The translations under genes were made by a program, and so were the position numbers. Positions 24,632 through 32,000 of a stretch of DNA of 32,000 nucleotides are shown here, in pieces. The DNA is taken from positions 510,001 to 542,000 of the forward strand of contig NZ_CP089977.1 of the NCBI RefSeq assembly GCF_025643275.1, read 5' to 3'. How positions within the stretch are numbered: position 1 is the stretch's first letter; each line of letters opens with the position of its first letter. Below the pieces are notes generated by a model that had not been told where the DNA came from, did not search any database, and saw nothing but the letters and a program-made list of their open reading frames with translations. This DNA is from Moraxella nasicaprae. Lineage in GTDB: Bacteria; Pseudomonadota; Gammaproteobacteria; Pseudomonadales; Moraxellaceae.

Positions 24632-25951
24632 TTGGGTATGAATTATAAGACAACCAGCACGATTAAATTTCGCCATCTAAAATGGCTGATATTTGCCATC
24701 ATCATTGGTATTTTGGCATTTTTTGCCTATCGACAACTCAATCCCACGCCTACTGCTCCCACCTATCTGACTGGCACGGTGGAAACGGGCTCAATCGAAA
24801 ATAGCGTGATGGCCTCTGGCAAAATCGAAGCAATCTCAACAGTCGATGTTGGGGCTCAGGTATCGGGCGAAATTACCAAGCTGTATGTGGAAGTTGGCGA
24901 CCAAGTCAAAAAAGGCGATTTGATTGCTCAGATTAGCCAAGTTAATCAAAAAAACATCGTCGCCAATAATGAAGCCAGCCTACAACAAGCCCAAGCCAGC
25001 CTTGCCCAAGCCGAAGGTGAACTTGCCAGCAAACAAGGCGATGTCATCGTGGCAGCTGCCAACATCGAAACCAAAGAAGCAGAACTTTCCAAAGCCCAAG
25101 CCAGTTTTGATAGACTAAAAGGTCTGATTGAGATTAACGCCATCAGCCAAGAAGAATATGACAATGCTCGCTCAGCGGTTGCGGTCGCAAAAGCTGCGGT
25201 ATCATCTGCCAAAGCCAATCATAGCAACGCCCTGATTGCCGTACAAAATGCCAAAACCGCCATCGCAAGTCAGCAAGCAGCTATCGTTAAAGCCCAAAAT
25301 GATGTTCACACCGCCCAAGAAGATTTGAGCCATACCATCATTCGAGCCCCTATTGATGGCACGGTCATCAGCGTCAGCCAAAAGCAAGGCACAACCGTCA
25401 ATGCCAATCAATCTGCCCCAACCATTGTCACGCTCGCCGACCTCAACCGTGTGCGTATCAATGCCCAAATCTCAGAAGCAGATGTGGTCAAGATTGATGC
25501 TCATTTTCCCATTAAGTTTAACATCATTGGTAATCCAGAACAAAAATTTGATGCCAGTCTAAGCGGTATCGAACCTGCCCCAAAAACCGTCAGTGGCAGC
25601 AATGATGATGCGGCTGTCTATTATATTGCTTATGCCTATGTCGATAATCCTGATGGTAAGTTTCGCATTGACATGACGACACAGGTTAACATCATCATCA
25701 ACCAAGCTAAAAATACACTCATCATTCCCTCCTCTGCCATTATTGAAAAAGAGGGCAAGAACTGGGTTCGCGTCAAAGGCGATGATGGTTTTGCCAAAGA
25801 AATCCCCGTGCAAGTTGGTATCAATAATCGTGTCAATGCCCAGATTTTATCAGGTCTAAAACAAGGCGACACCATCATCTTGGGCGAAGCGAATGCTGAT
25901 GAGAAAAAAGAAAAATCCAATAATCGTGGCAATCGCCCACCGATGATGTAG
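24632..25951 (+). CDS. macA: Macrolide-type efflux periplasmic adaptor (HlyD/MFP family, MacA-like)
   Basis: It has an N-terminal TM, a lipoyl-like motif (VDVGAQVSGEITKLYVEVGDQVKKGDLIAQI), a long Ala/Gln coiled-coil hairpin and IRAPIDGTVI. The track start is non-ATG, and an ATG lies two codons in. Confidence 0.88.
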   Translation: MGMNYKTTSTIKFRHLKWLIFAIIIGILAFFAYRQLNPTPTAPTYLTGTVETGSIENSVMASGKIEAISTVDVGAQVSGEITKLYVEVGDQVKKGDLIAQISQVNQKNIVANNEASLQQAQASLAQAEGELASKQGDVIVAAANIETKEAELSKAQASFDRLKGLIEINAISQEEYDNARSAVAVAKAAVSSAKANHSNALIAVQNAKTAIASQQAAIVKAQNDVHTAQEDLSHTIIRAPIDGTVISVSQKQGTTVNANQSAPTIVTLADLNRVRINAQISEADVVKIDAHFPIKFNIIGNPEQKFDASLSGIEPAPKTVSGSNDDAAVYYIAYAYVDNPDGKFRIDMTTQVNIIINQAKNTLIIPSSAIIEKEGKNWVRVKGDDGFAKEIPVQVGINNRVNAQILSGLKQGDTIILGEANADEKKEKSNNRGNRPPMM

Positions 25952-25958
25952 GCTAGAC

Positions 25959-27944
25959 ATGACAAGCATTGTACCCAAAAAACCCTTGATACAGTTAAGC
26001 AACCTAACTCGTGATTTTCAGGCAGGCGAAAGCAGTGTGCGGATTTTGCATAGCATTGATTTGACGCTGTATCAAGGCGAAATGGTCGCCATCATCGGTC
26101 AGTCAGGTTCTGGCAAATCCACCTTGATGAATATTTTGGGCTGTTTGGATAAAGCCAGCAGCGGTAGCTATCACATCTACGGTCGCCCTGTTGATCACAT
26201 GGATGCTCAAGAGCTTGCCAAACTTCGCCGTGAGCATTTTGGTTTTATCTTTCAGCGATATCATCTGCTTGGCGACATCAATGCCAAAGACAATGTCATC
26301 ATTCCAGCCGTCTATGCTGGCATGGATAAAACATACCGAGAACAACGAGCTGGCGACTTGCTAGACAGCTTGGGATTGGGCGACAAACAAAACAATCGCC
26401 CAAACCAGCTTTCTGGTGGTCAGCAGCAGCGTGTCTCCATCGCTCGTGCCTTGATGAATGGTGGCGACATCATTTTGGCAGACGAACCCACAGGGGCATT
26501 AGACAGTCGTTCTGGCATTGAGGTGATGAATATTTTGCATGGTCTAAAAGAGGCGGGTCACACCATCATTATGGTCACTCACGACCCAAAACTTGCCGCC
26601 CAAGCTCAGCGAGTCATTGAGCTAAAAGACGGTCATATCATCGCTGATTATTATACCCAGCATCTGACCGATGACACCAAGCCTGTCACGCTTGCCAACA
26701 CCACCAAACATGACAACAAGAACACTCTGTTTGGTTTTTTTGACCGTCTCAAAGAAGCGTTTAAGATGTCGATTTATGCCATGAAAGCCCATAAAATGCG
26801 AACGCTTTTAACCATGCTGGGTATCATCATTGGCATCGCCTCAGTGGTCTCTGTGGTGGGTCTTGGACAAGGTTCACAACAAAAAATTCTCGCTGACATC
26901 AACCAATTAGGCACCAACACCATCACCGTCATTGACGGCTATCCTTTTGGCGACCCACGCCGTCGTTTTGGCTACGACAATCTGACCAATAGTGATGCCC
27001 AAGCGGTTGCCGCACAGCCTTATGCCAAAAGCGTCAGCCCACAAGTAGATAGCTCTGTCACCGCTCGCTACAAAAATATCGAGACCACCGCCAGCGTCAA
27101 TGGCGTGGGCAAAGACTATCTACTGGTTACAGGCGAAAAATTAGCCATGGGGCAAAGCTTTACCGCTCAAAGTATTGATGCCTTAACCCAAGACATCATT
27201 CTTGATTATAACGCCTATCAGACTTTTTTTGAGGGCAAAGGCAATCCCATCGGTCAAGTCATTATGGTTGGCAAAGTGCCAGGACAAGTCATTGGTGTGC
27301 TTGCCAAAAAGGAAACCAATTTTGGTCGGCAAACCAACACACCTCAGCTTTATATGCCCTACACCAGCGTCATGCGTCGCATCTTGGGGACGAGTTATTT
27401 AGATAGATTTGTGGTGCTGATTGATGAAGACACCCCCTCTGATGTTGCCGAAAATGCCATCAAAGAACTGATAACCGCACGGCATGGCACAGATGATTTT
27501 AACATCATGAATACCGACTCCATTCGCCAAACTGTGGAGTCCACCACCAAAACCATGACCCTGCTCATCTCATCCATCGCCATCATCTCGCTCATTGTTG
27601 GCGGTATTGGTGTGATGAACATCATGCTGGTCTCAGTCACTGAACGCACCAGTGAAATCGGTGTGCGTATGGCGGTCGGTGCTAGACAATCAGACATCAT
27701 GCAGCAGTTTTTGATAGAAGCGGTGCTGGTGTGTGTCTTAGGTGGGGCATTGGGCGTGGCGACTGCGTTTGGTATTGGTGGTCTCATCAATCATTTTGGC
27801 GGTCAAAATTTTGGCGTGGTGTACTCGCCACTATCCATCATCTCTGCTTTTGTTTGCTCCACGCTGATTGGTGTTATTTTTGGATTTTTACCTGCCAAAA
27901 ATGCTGCTAAACTCAATCCTGTGGACGCTCTTAATCGCAATTAA
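25959..27944 (+). CDS. macB: MacB-type ABC transporter (fused ATPase plus FtsX-like permease)
   Basis: It has Walker A GQSGSGKST, the signature LSGGQQQRV, Walker B ILADEP, then four TMs with a large periplasmic domain. The product is 661 aa. Confidence 0.92.
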   Translation: MTSIVPKKPLIQLSNLTRDFQAGESSVRILHSIDLTLYQGEMVAIIGQSGSGKSTLMNILGCLDKASSGSYHIYGRPVDHMDAQELAKLRREHFGFIFQRYHLLGDINAKDNVIIPAVYAGMDKTYREQRAGDLLDSLGLGDKQNNRPNQLSGGQQQRVSIARALMNGGDIILADEPTGALDSRSGIEVMNILHGLKEAGHTIIMVTHDPKLAAQAQRVIELKDGHIIADYYTQHLTDDTKPVTLANTTKHDNKNTLFGFFDRLKEAFKMSIYAMKAHKMRTLLTMLGIIIGIASVVSVVGLGQGSQQKILADINQLGTNTITVIDGYPFGDPRRRFGYDNLTNSDAQAVAAQPYAKSVSPQVDSSVTARYKNIETTASVNGVGKDYLLVTGEKLAMGQSFTAQSIDALTQDIILDYNAYQTFFEGKGNPIGQVIMVGKVPGQVIGVLAKKETNFGRQTNTPQLYMPYTSVMRRILGTSYLDRFVVLIDEDTPSDVAENAIKELITARHGTDDFNIMNTDSIRQTVESTTKTMTLLISSIAIISLIVGGIGVMNIMLVSVTERTSEIGVRMAVGARQSDIMQQFLIEAVLVCVLGGALGVATAFGIGGLINHFGGQNFGVVYSPLSIISAFVCSTLIGVIFGFLPAKNAAKLNPVDALNRN

Positions 27945-27948
27945 CCCC

Positions 27949-28007
27949 AAAAAATTGGAATTTTTTACCTAAAAAAAATATTTTTTAAAAAAATTCCAAT
28001 TTTTTTG
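27949..28007. repeat. Perfect 18-bp inverted repeat that is 83% A/T (AAAAAATTGGAATTTTTT / AAAAAATTCCAATTTTTT) between macB and the tRNA promoter
   Basis: The arms lie at about 27949-27966 and 27989-28006, around a pure A/T-rich spacer. It could act as a macB terminator and/or an UP-like or architectural site for the tRNA promoter. Confidence 0.6.
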
Positions 28008-28017
28008 CAAAAAACAC

Positions 28018-28045
28018 TTGCAATTAAAAATTATCTGCGTATAAT
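28018..28045 (+). promoter_or_regulatory. Promoter of the tRNA-Lys-Lys-Asn operon (TTGCAA-N16-TATAAT)
   Basis: TTGCAA lies at 28018-28023 and TATAAT at 28040-28045. It has the same -35 context and spacer length as the tRNA-Ser promoter. Confidence 0.6.
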
Positions 28046-28087
28046 ATGCACCACATTAGCGATACAGCTTATGCTGTTTTGATGAAT

Positions 28088-28163
28088 GGGTCGTTAGCTC
28101 AGTTGGTAGAGCAGTTGACTTTTAATCAATTGGTCGCAGGTTCGAATCCTGCACGACCCACCA
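28088..28163 (+). tRNA. tRNA-Lys (anticodon UUU), copy 1
   Basis: The 76-nt gene GGGTCGTTAGCTCAGTTGGTAGAGCAGTTGACTTTTAATCAATTGGTCGCAGGTTCGAATCCTGCACGACCCACCA matches E. coli tRNA-Lys as I recall it. Confidence 0.93.
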
Positions 28164-28207
28164 TTTATCCTAATGTTTACCGAAGATTAAGCTTCATTGC
28201 TTAATAC

Positions 28208-28283
28208 GGGTCGTTAGCTCAGTTGGTAGAGCAGTTGACTTTTAATCAATTGGTCGCAGGTTCGAATCCTGCACGACCCACCA
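28208..28283 (+). tRNA. tRNA-Lys (anticodon UUU), copy 2
   Basis: It has the same 76-nt sequence as copy 1, offset by 120 bp. Confidence 0.93.
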
Positions 28284-28287
28284 CCAT

Positions 28288-28363
28288 TCCCCAATAGCTC
28301 AGTCGGTAGAGCATCGGACTGTTAATCCGTGTGTCCCTGGTTCGAGCCCAGGTTGGGGAGCCA
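28288..28363 (+). tRNA. tRNA-Asn (anticodon GUU)
   Basis: The 76-nt gene has acceptor TCCCCAA/TTGGGGA, anticodon loop cTGTTAa and an encoded CCA. Confidence 0.9.
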
Positions 28364-28374
28364 AATTCAAAAAA

Positions 28375-28401
28375 GCCCTTAGTTTTTCTAAGGGCTTTTT
28401 T
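28375..28401 (+). terminator. Rho-independent terminator of the tRNA operon
   Basis: gcccttag (28375-28382) pairs with ctaagggc (28388-28395), followed by tttttt. Confidence 0.8.
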
Positions 28402-28426
28402 ATTTAAGAAATAAACTCGCTAAAAT

Positions 28427-28455
28427 TTGAGCTTATCTGTTTGCCGTGCTATAAT
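28427..28455 (+). promoter_or_regulatory. Strong-looking promoter of the small RHH-like gene (TTGAGC-N17-TATAAT with a TG extension)
   Basis: TTGAGC lies at 28427-28432 and TGcTATAAT at 28447-28455. Confidence 0.5.
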
Positions 28456-28489
28456 TTGTCAAAATACACAAAAATAGGAAGTTAGCACA

Positions 28490-28795
28490 ATGATTCCACC
28501 ACGCCTAAAAAACAAGATTCTCAATCAACCGCAAACAACCATGCGACCTGTTCATCTACGCTTATCAGAAGAAATCATCGGTCACCTAGAAGATACCGCC
28601 AAAGCACATGGTTTTAGTCGCATTCAAGGGTTGATTCGTCTGTACATTCGTCAAGGCTTGGATAAAGATAATTGTAATTATAGCCTTGCAGATGATGTGT
28701 TATTCATCGAAAAACTCTGCAAAAAAGGGGTCAGTCGAAAAATCATCGAAGAAGCCCTTAATGATGTCAATAAAGTCTGCGACTTGGACAAATAA
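28490..28795 (+). CDS. Small hypothetical protein with a ribbon-helix-helix-like N-terminal half
   Basis: The 101-aa product has an AGGAAG SD upstream. VHLRLSEEIIGHLEDTAKAHGFSRIQGLIRLYIRQGL fits a strand/helix/helix CopG/Arc pattern. I do not recognise the C-terminal 45 aa. No partner gene is present. Confidence 0.5.
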   Translation: MIPPRLKNKILNQPQTTMRPVHLRLSEEIIGHLEDTAKAHGFSRIQGLIRLYIRQGLDKDNCNYSLADDVLFIEKLCKKGVSRKIIEEALNDVNKVCDLDK

Positions 28796-28798
28796 CTC

Positions 28799-28832
28799 AA
28801 AAAAAAACGCACCGAATTTGGTGCGTTTTTTG
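28799..28832. terminator. Bidirectional terminator between the RHH-like gene and convergent sppA
   Basis: Sequence is aaaaaaaa-acgcacc-gaattt-ggtgcgt-tttttg, with the stem at 28807-28813 / 28820-28826. Confidence 0.8.
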
Positions 28833-28855
28833 TTATTGTATCAACCGCTGATACA

Positions 28856-29866
28856 TCACTGGATTTTTGCTTGTTCTGCTTGGCTAAGGCTTAGCTGCAC
28901 ACCTTGACCCAGTCCTTTGCCAATCTGCACGCCCAATCTATCAAAAATCTGATTCATTGGGTCTTTGTAGGTATAATTCACCTCTGGCAAATCAAGCTGT
29001 TTTTTTAGTTGGTGCATGCCACCCAAACGGTCAGCCAGCCCCAAATCAACCGCCTGTCTGCCCGTCCAAATCAATCCGCTAAATAGCTGATTTTCCTCAG
29101 GATTTTTTAATTTCTTACCACGACCCTGCTTGACTGAATTGATGAAATCTTGATGAGTGGCATCAAGCAATGCTTGAATGTGTGCTTTTTCTTTTTCTGT
29201 CATTGGGCGAGATGAGCTTAAAATATCTTTATACTCGCCTGCTGTCATGGTAACATCACGAACACCGACTTTTTTCATCAACTCTTCGACATTATAGCCA
29301 GACATGATGACACCAATCGAACCGACCAAGCTGGACGGATTCGCCCAAATCTCATCAGCGGCTGACGCAATATAATACGCCCCTGACGCACCAATATCCT
29401 CTATCACGGCATACAGTTTTTTGTCTGGATTTTCTTTGCGTAAATCCATCATCGCTTCCCAGATTTCATCTGACTGCACAGGGGAACCGCCTGGCGAGTT
29501 GATGACCAATGCCACCGATTTGGCGTTAGGATTGTCAAAGGCTTCGCTCAATGCCTCGCTCACCTCAAAAGCACTCACGCCCTCACGAGCATTACCACCA
29601 ATCACACCATTGACCTCCACGACTGCCAAATGCGGACTGCCCATACCAGCTTTATCAACCGAAGCAGAATCACTGCACGCTCTGGTCAATAGCACCGCCA
29701 ATATTAGCCACACCGCCAGCGTGATGATTCGCAAAATCACACCCCAACGGCGAGAGGTTTTTTGTTCTTCAATGCTGGCAAGTAGTGTTTTTTCGATGAG
29801 TTGCCACTCTCGCCCACCTAAGGCTTGTGGTGGATTTTCTTTATTTGGATTAGGTGGCCACGCCAT
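28856..29866 (-). CDS. sppA: Signal peptide peptidase SppA, 36K type (S49 family)
   Basis: It has VALVINSPGGSPVQSDEI, IGASGAYYIASAADEIWANPSSLVGSIGVI and one N-terminal TM. I prefer the ATG at 29866 (MAWPPNP, AAGGAAA SD upstream) over the track start at 29929. Confidence 0.85.
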   Translation of the reverse strand: MAWPPNPNKENPPQALGGREWQLIEKTLLASIEEQKTSRRWGVILRIITLAVWLILAVLLTRACSDSASVDKAGMGSPHLAVVEVNGVIGGNAREGVSAFEVSEALSEAFDNPNAKSVALVINSPGGSPVQSDEIWEAMMDLRKENPDKKLYAVIEDIGASGAYYIASAADEIWANPSSLVGSIGVIMSGYNVEELMKKVGVRDVTMTAGEYKDILSSSRPMTEKEKAHIQALLDATHQDFINSVKQGRGKKLKNPEENQLFSGLIWTGRQAVDLGLADRLGGMHQLKKQLDLPEVNYTYKDPMNQIFDRLGVQIGKGLGQGVQLSLSQAEQAKIQ

Positions 29867-30073
29867 AATAATTTTCCTTATAAAACAACTTAGATGATTA
29901 TCCAGTATTGATTCAGCAAGCACACCCAAAAAAAGAATTTAGCCCATCAAATCATCATGATTTTTCTTGAATTTTGACAAAGTCAAGACTTGATACCTCT
30001 TAGGGTGCTTGCAGACAACTGTCCGAATATTCTACCTAAAAGCATTTTAGACCACAACCAAAAAATCAGCCCA

Positions 30074-32000
30074 TCAATGTAAAACTTTTTGGGGTTGATA
30101 TTGCTGTAAAATCTGTTCATTTTCAATCACATAGGGCGATGACAGCCAGATTTTTTGATGATTGGTAAAACCTTCAAAGACCTGATGGGCATCTGGGCAT
30201 AATCGCTGCCACAACTCCCACGCCATTGGTTTGGCAGCACTCATCATCAGCTGCGTCCCACCAGCTGGCTCTGACAAATCGCTCATTTGCTCCATGTCCA
30301 TCATCTTTAATGGTTGGTTGGCGATGATTTGCAGTTCACAATCCCATACATTTTCATCATCAATCTGTCGCCAGCCAGTCAAAGCTTGAATCTGCAAACC
30401 CTCGCCCTGCCAATGCAAACCTGCAATGCAAGGCTGATGATACACCTCACCTGACTGATGACGACCCGCCTGCCAATAACGATGAATGGCAAACTGTTCG
30501 TGCAAAGCGTCCACCATTGGTATGAATAACGGGCTTGCCGTCTGCACAATCACACCATCAAGACGATAAATACCCTGCCGTTTTAGTGCGTGAATCACAC
30601 CATCAATGTGTCTTTGTCCAAGTTTTTTTGCCCCAAAATCCGCCAAAACCAGCCATCGATACTGATGATTTTGCTGACGGTATTGTAGTAATTTTTGGCT
30701 AACCTTAGGGTCGTGGCTGGCTAGATTTTCCAGTACAAATTCATCTTGCCACTCCTGCTGATAAGATAATAATATCATCGCAAGCATGGGCAAAACCAGC
30801 ATCGATTTGGGTAAAACTTTGGGCAATAAAAGCAAAACCACCATCATCATGGCAAAAACAATGCCCAAAAAACCAAAAGGTGCGTACAGCCAAACCCCTA
30901 AGCCACCCAAATGAGTAGATAAACCAATCTCCAACAGCCAATGCAACGCCAACAATAGCCAAAAACTTATTTGCCATAGCATCTGTGCCAATGCTGGCAA
31001 TAGCACATAAACAAGTCCTGCCAGCAGATTGATTGGCACAATCAATAAGCCAAAAAAACTGATGGCAAATAAATTGACAAACAACCCCCAGATTGACACC
31101 TTACCAAACAGCAAGATGGACAACGGCATCATCATCAAAAACAGCCAAAACTGTAATCGACACAATCGCCAAAATTGCCCCAACCAACGCCTTGCCACAG
31201 GCTCTTCTTGGGCAAGCATTTCTTCTGCCATCTGATGTCGCATCAAAATCAATACCGCCACAAACGATAGCCAAAATCCAGCCTGCCACACCACAAAGGG
31301 GTCTAGCCAAATCATCAGCACCGCCACTGATAATAAAATCGTCACCTGTTTTATAGGCAAAACAAACAATCGAGCCAGCCACATCGCCATCAACATATAC
31401 ACCGTACGCACAGCAGGCACATCAAACCCTGTAAACATTGCATACAGCATACCTGCACCCATCATTATTAACAGACGAATCTGCCAACGGCTGATGGTTT
31501 GATAACAATGCGGGCATAAATAATCCATCACTTTGGTTGCAAGCATCGCCAATACCACCGCCAAAAACAATACATGCGTGCCTGAAATCGCCAGCAAATG
31601 CGAAATTCCAGCCAGTTGGTATAACTCTTTGGTACTTTTGTCGATTAACGCCCTATCTCCTGTCAAAAGGCTTAAATTGACCGCTTTGACCTGCTGACTT
31701 TGCAAATCAAGCGTCTGCCATTCTTGATAGAAATGTTCTCGAAAATGTTGTCTTAATCTTTGTAGTGATAGTGAAATCGACCCATCATCAAAATCCTCAA
31801 TCTGCCCTACTGACAATAGGCGAGCATTGGCGTGTATGTGCCGAGATTTGAGCCATTTTGTTTGGTCAAAAGCTGCCGATTGTTCAGATAAAGGTGTGAT
31901 GAGCAGTTGTACCGTAGCGGTCTTGCCAGCGTTGAGCTGCTGCAAATATTGAATACTGTCTTTATCAAAATCACCAAAATTAGGCTGTACACTCATCAGC
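30074..32000 (-). CDS. comEC: DNA internalisation competence protein ComEC/Rec2 (N-terminus off the right edge)
   Basis: The frame stays open past 31996 to the window end. It has an OB-like region, then the competence domain (AGISHLLAISGTHVLFLAV) with many TMs, then a 226-aa soluble C-terminal domain. Confidence 0.85.
   Translation of the reverse strand, partial: LMSVQPNFGDFDKDSIQYLQQLNAGKTATVQLLITPLSEQSAAFDQTKWLKSRHIHANARLLSVGQIEDFDDGSISLSLQRLRQHFREHFYQEWQTLDLQSQQVKAVNLSLLTGDRALIDKSTKELYQLAGISHLLAISGTHVLFLAVVLAMLATKVMDYLCPHCYQTISRWQIRLLIMMGAGMLYAMFTGFDVPAVRTVYMLMAMWLARLFVLPIKQVTILLSVAVLMIWLDPFVVWQAGFWLSFVAVLILMRHQMAEEMLAQEEPVARRWLGQFWRLCRLQFWLFLMMMPLSILLFGKVSIWGLFVNLFAISFFGLLIVPINLLAGLVYVLLPALAQMLWQISFWLLLALHWLLEIGLSTHLGGLGVWLYAPFGFLGIVFAMMMVVLLLLPKVLPKSMLVLPMLAMILLSYQQEWQDEFVLENLASHDPKVSQKLLQYRQQNHQYRWLVLADFGAKKLGQRHIDGVIHALKRQGIYRLDGVIVQTASPLFIPMVDALHEQFAIHRYWQAGRHQSGEVYHQPCIAGLHWQGEGLQIQALTGWRQIDDENVWDCELQIIANQPLKMMDMEQMSDLSEPAGGTQLMMSAAKPMAWELWQRLCPDAHQVFEGFTNHQKIWLSSPYVIENEQILQQYQPQKVLH

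Noticed and set aside
24632-27944. macAB as a candidate novel transporter system
   Set aside because: It is a canonical MacA adaptor plus MacB fused ABC/FtsX pair with all motifs. The absence of an adjacent TolC-like gene is normal for this system.
28288-28860. Possible genomic island or prophage remnant integrated at tRNA-Asn
   Set aside because: I find no integrase, no direct repeat of the tRNA 3' end downstream, and only one small gene before the core gene sppA. I kept only the orphan-gene observation.
29421-29897. 158-aa plus-strand ORF. Similar long antisense ORFs occur at 27395-27790, 22248-22661, 9078-9449 and 3839-4249.
   Set aside because: All lie fully inside, and antisense to, well-supported conserved genes (sppA, macB, leuS, ilvA and the FMN reductase gene). 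Their compositions are Ser/Ala/Leu-rich, typical of antisense frames, and I see no start signals.

Overview
The window is a mostly core chromosomal segment of an AT-rich gammaproteobacterium. The guess of Moraxellaceae-like rests on codon usage and gene order and was not verified. I call 40 protein genes, 5 tRNA genes in two clusters, and several clear rho-independent terminators and sigma70-type promoters.

Core syntenic blocks:
- yebC
- ilvA
- hslR-ptp-murB
- argO-rsgA
- yibN-like-grxC-secB, then dut
- leuS-lptE-holA
- macAB
- sppA and comEC (comEC is truncated at the right edge)

Accessory-looking parts:
- An AraC-like regulator (truncated at the left edge), divergent from a Tat-signal isochorismatase-family hydrolase. 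A roughly 150-bp nested inverted-repeat (MITE-like) element lies between them.
- tehA and azlCD.
- A LysR / DoxX-pirin-FMN reductase redox module.
- A vapBC toxin-antitoxin pair butted directly against ilvA.
- A markedly AT-rich GNAT-ASCH-GNAT cassette joined to the ilvA stop codon through three consecutive ATGA overlaps.
- Two small overlapping envelope-protein genes with strong Shine-Dalgarno (SD) sites between murB and a DUF218 gene.
- An orphan lipoprotein.
- A promoter- and terminator-insulated small ribbon-helix-helix (RHH)-like gene next to tRNA-Asn.

I see no CRISPR array, integrase, transposase or recognisable defence system. The best candidates for something undescribed are the vapBC-ilvA-GNAT-ASCH-GNAT arrangement and the small secreted/membrane protein pair. 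Both are hypotheses from reading the sequence, not demonstrated systems.
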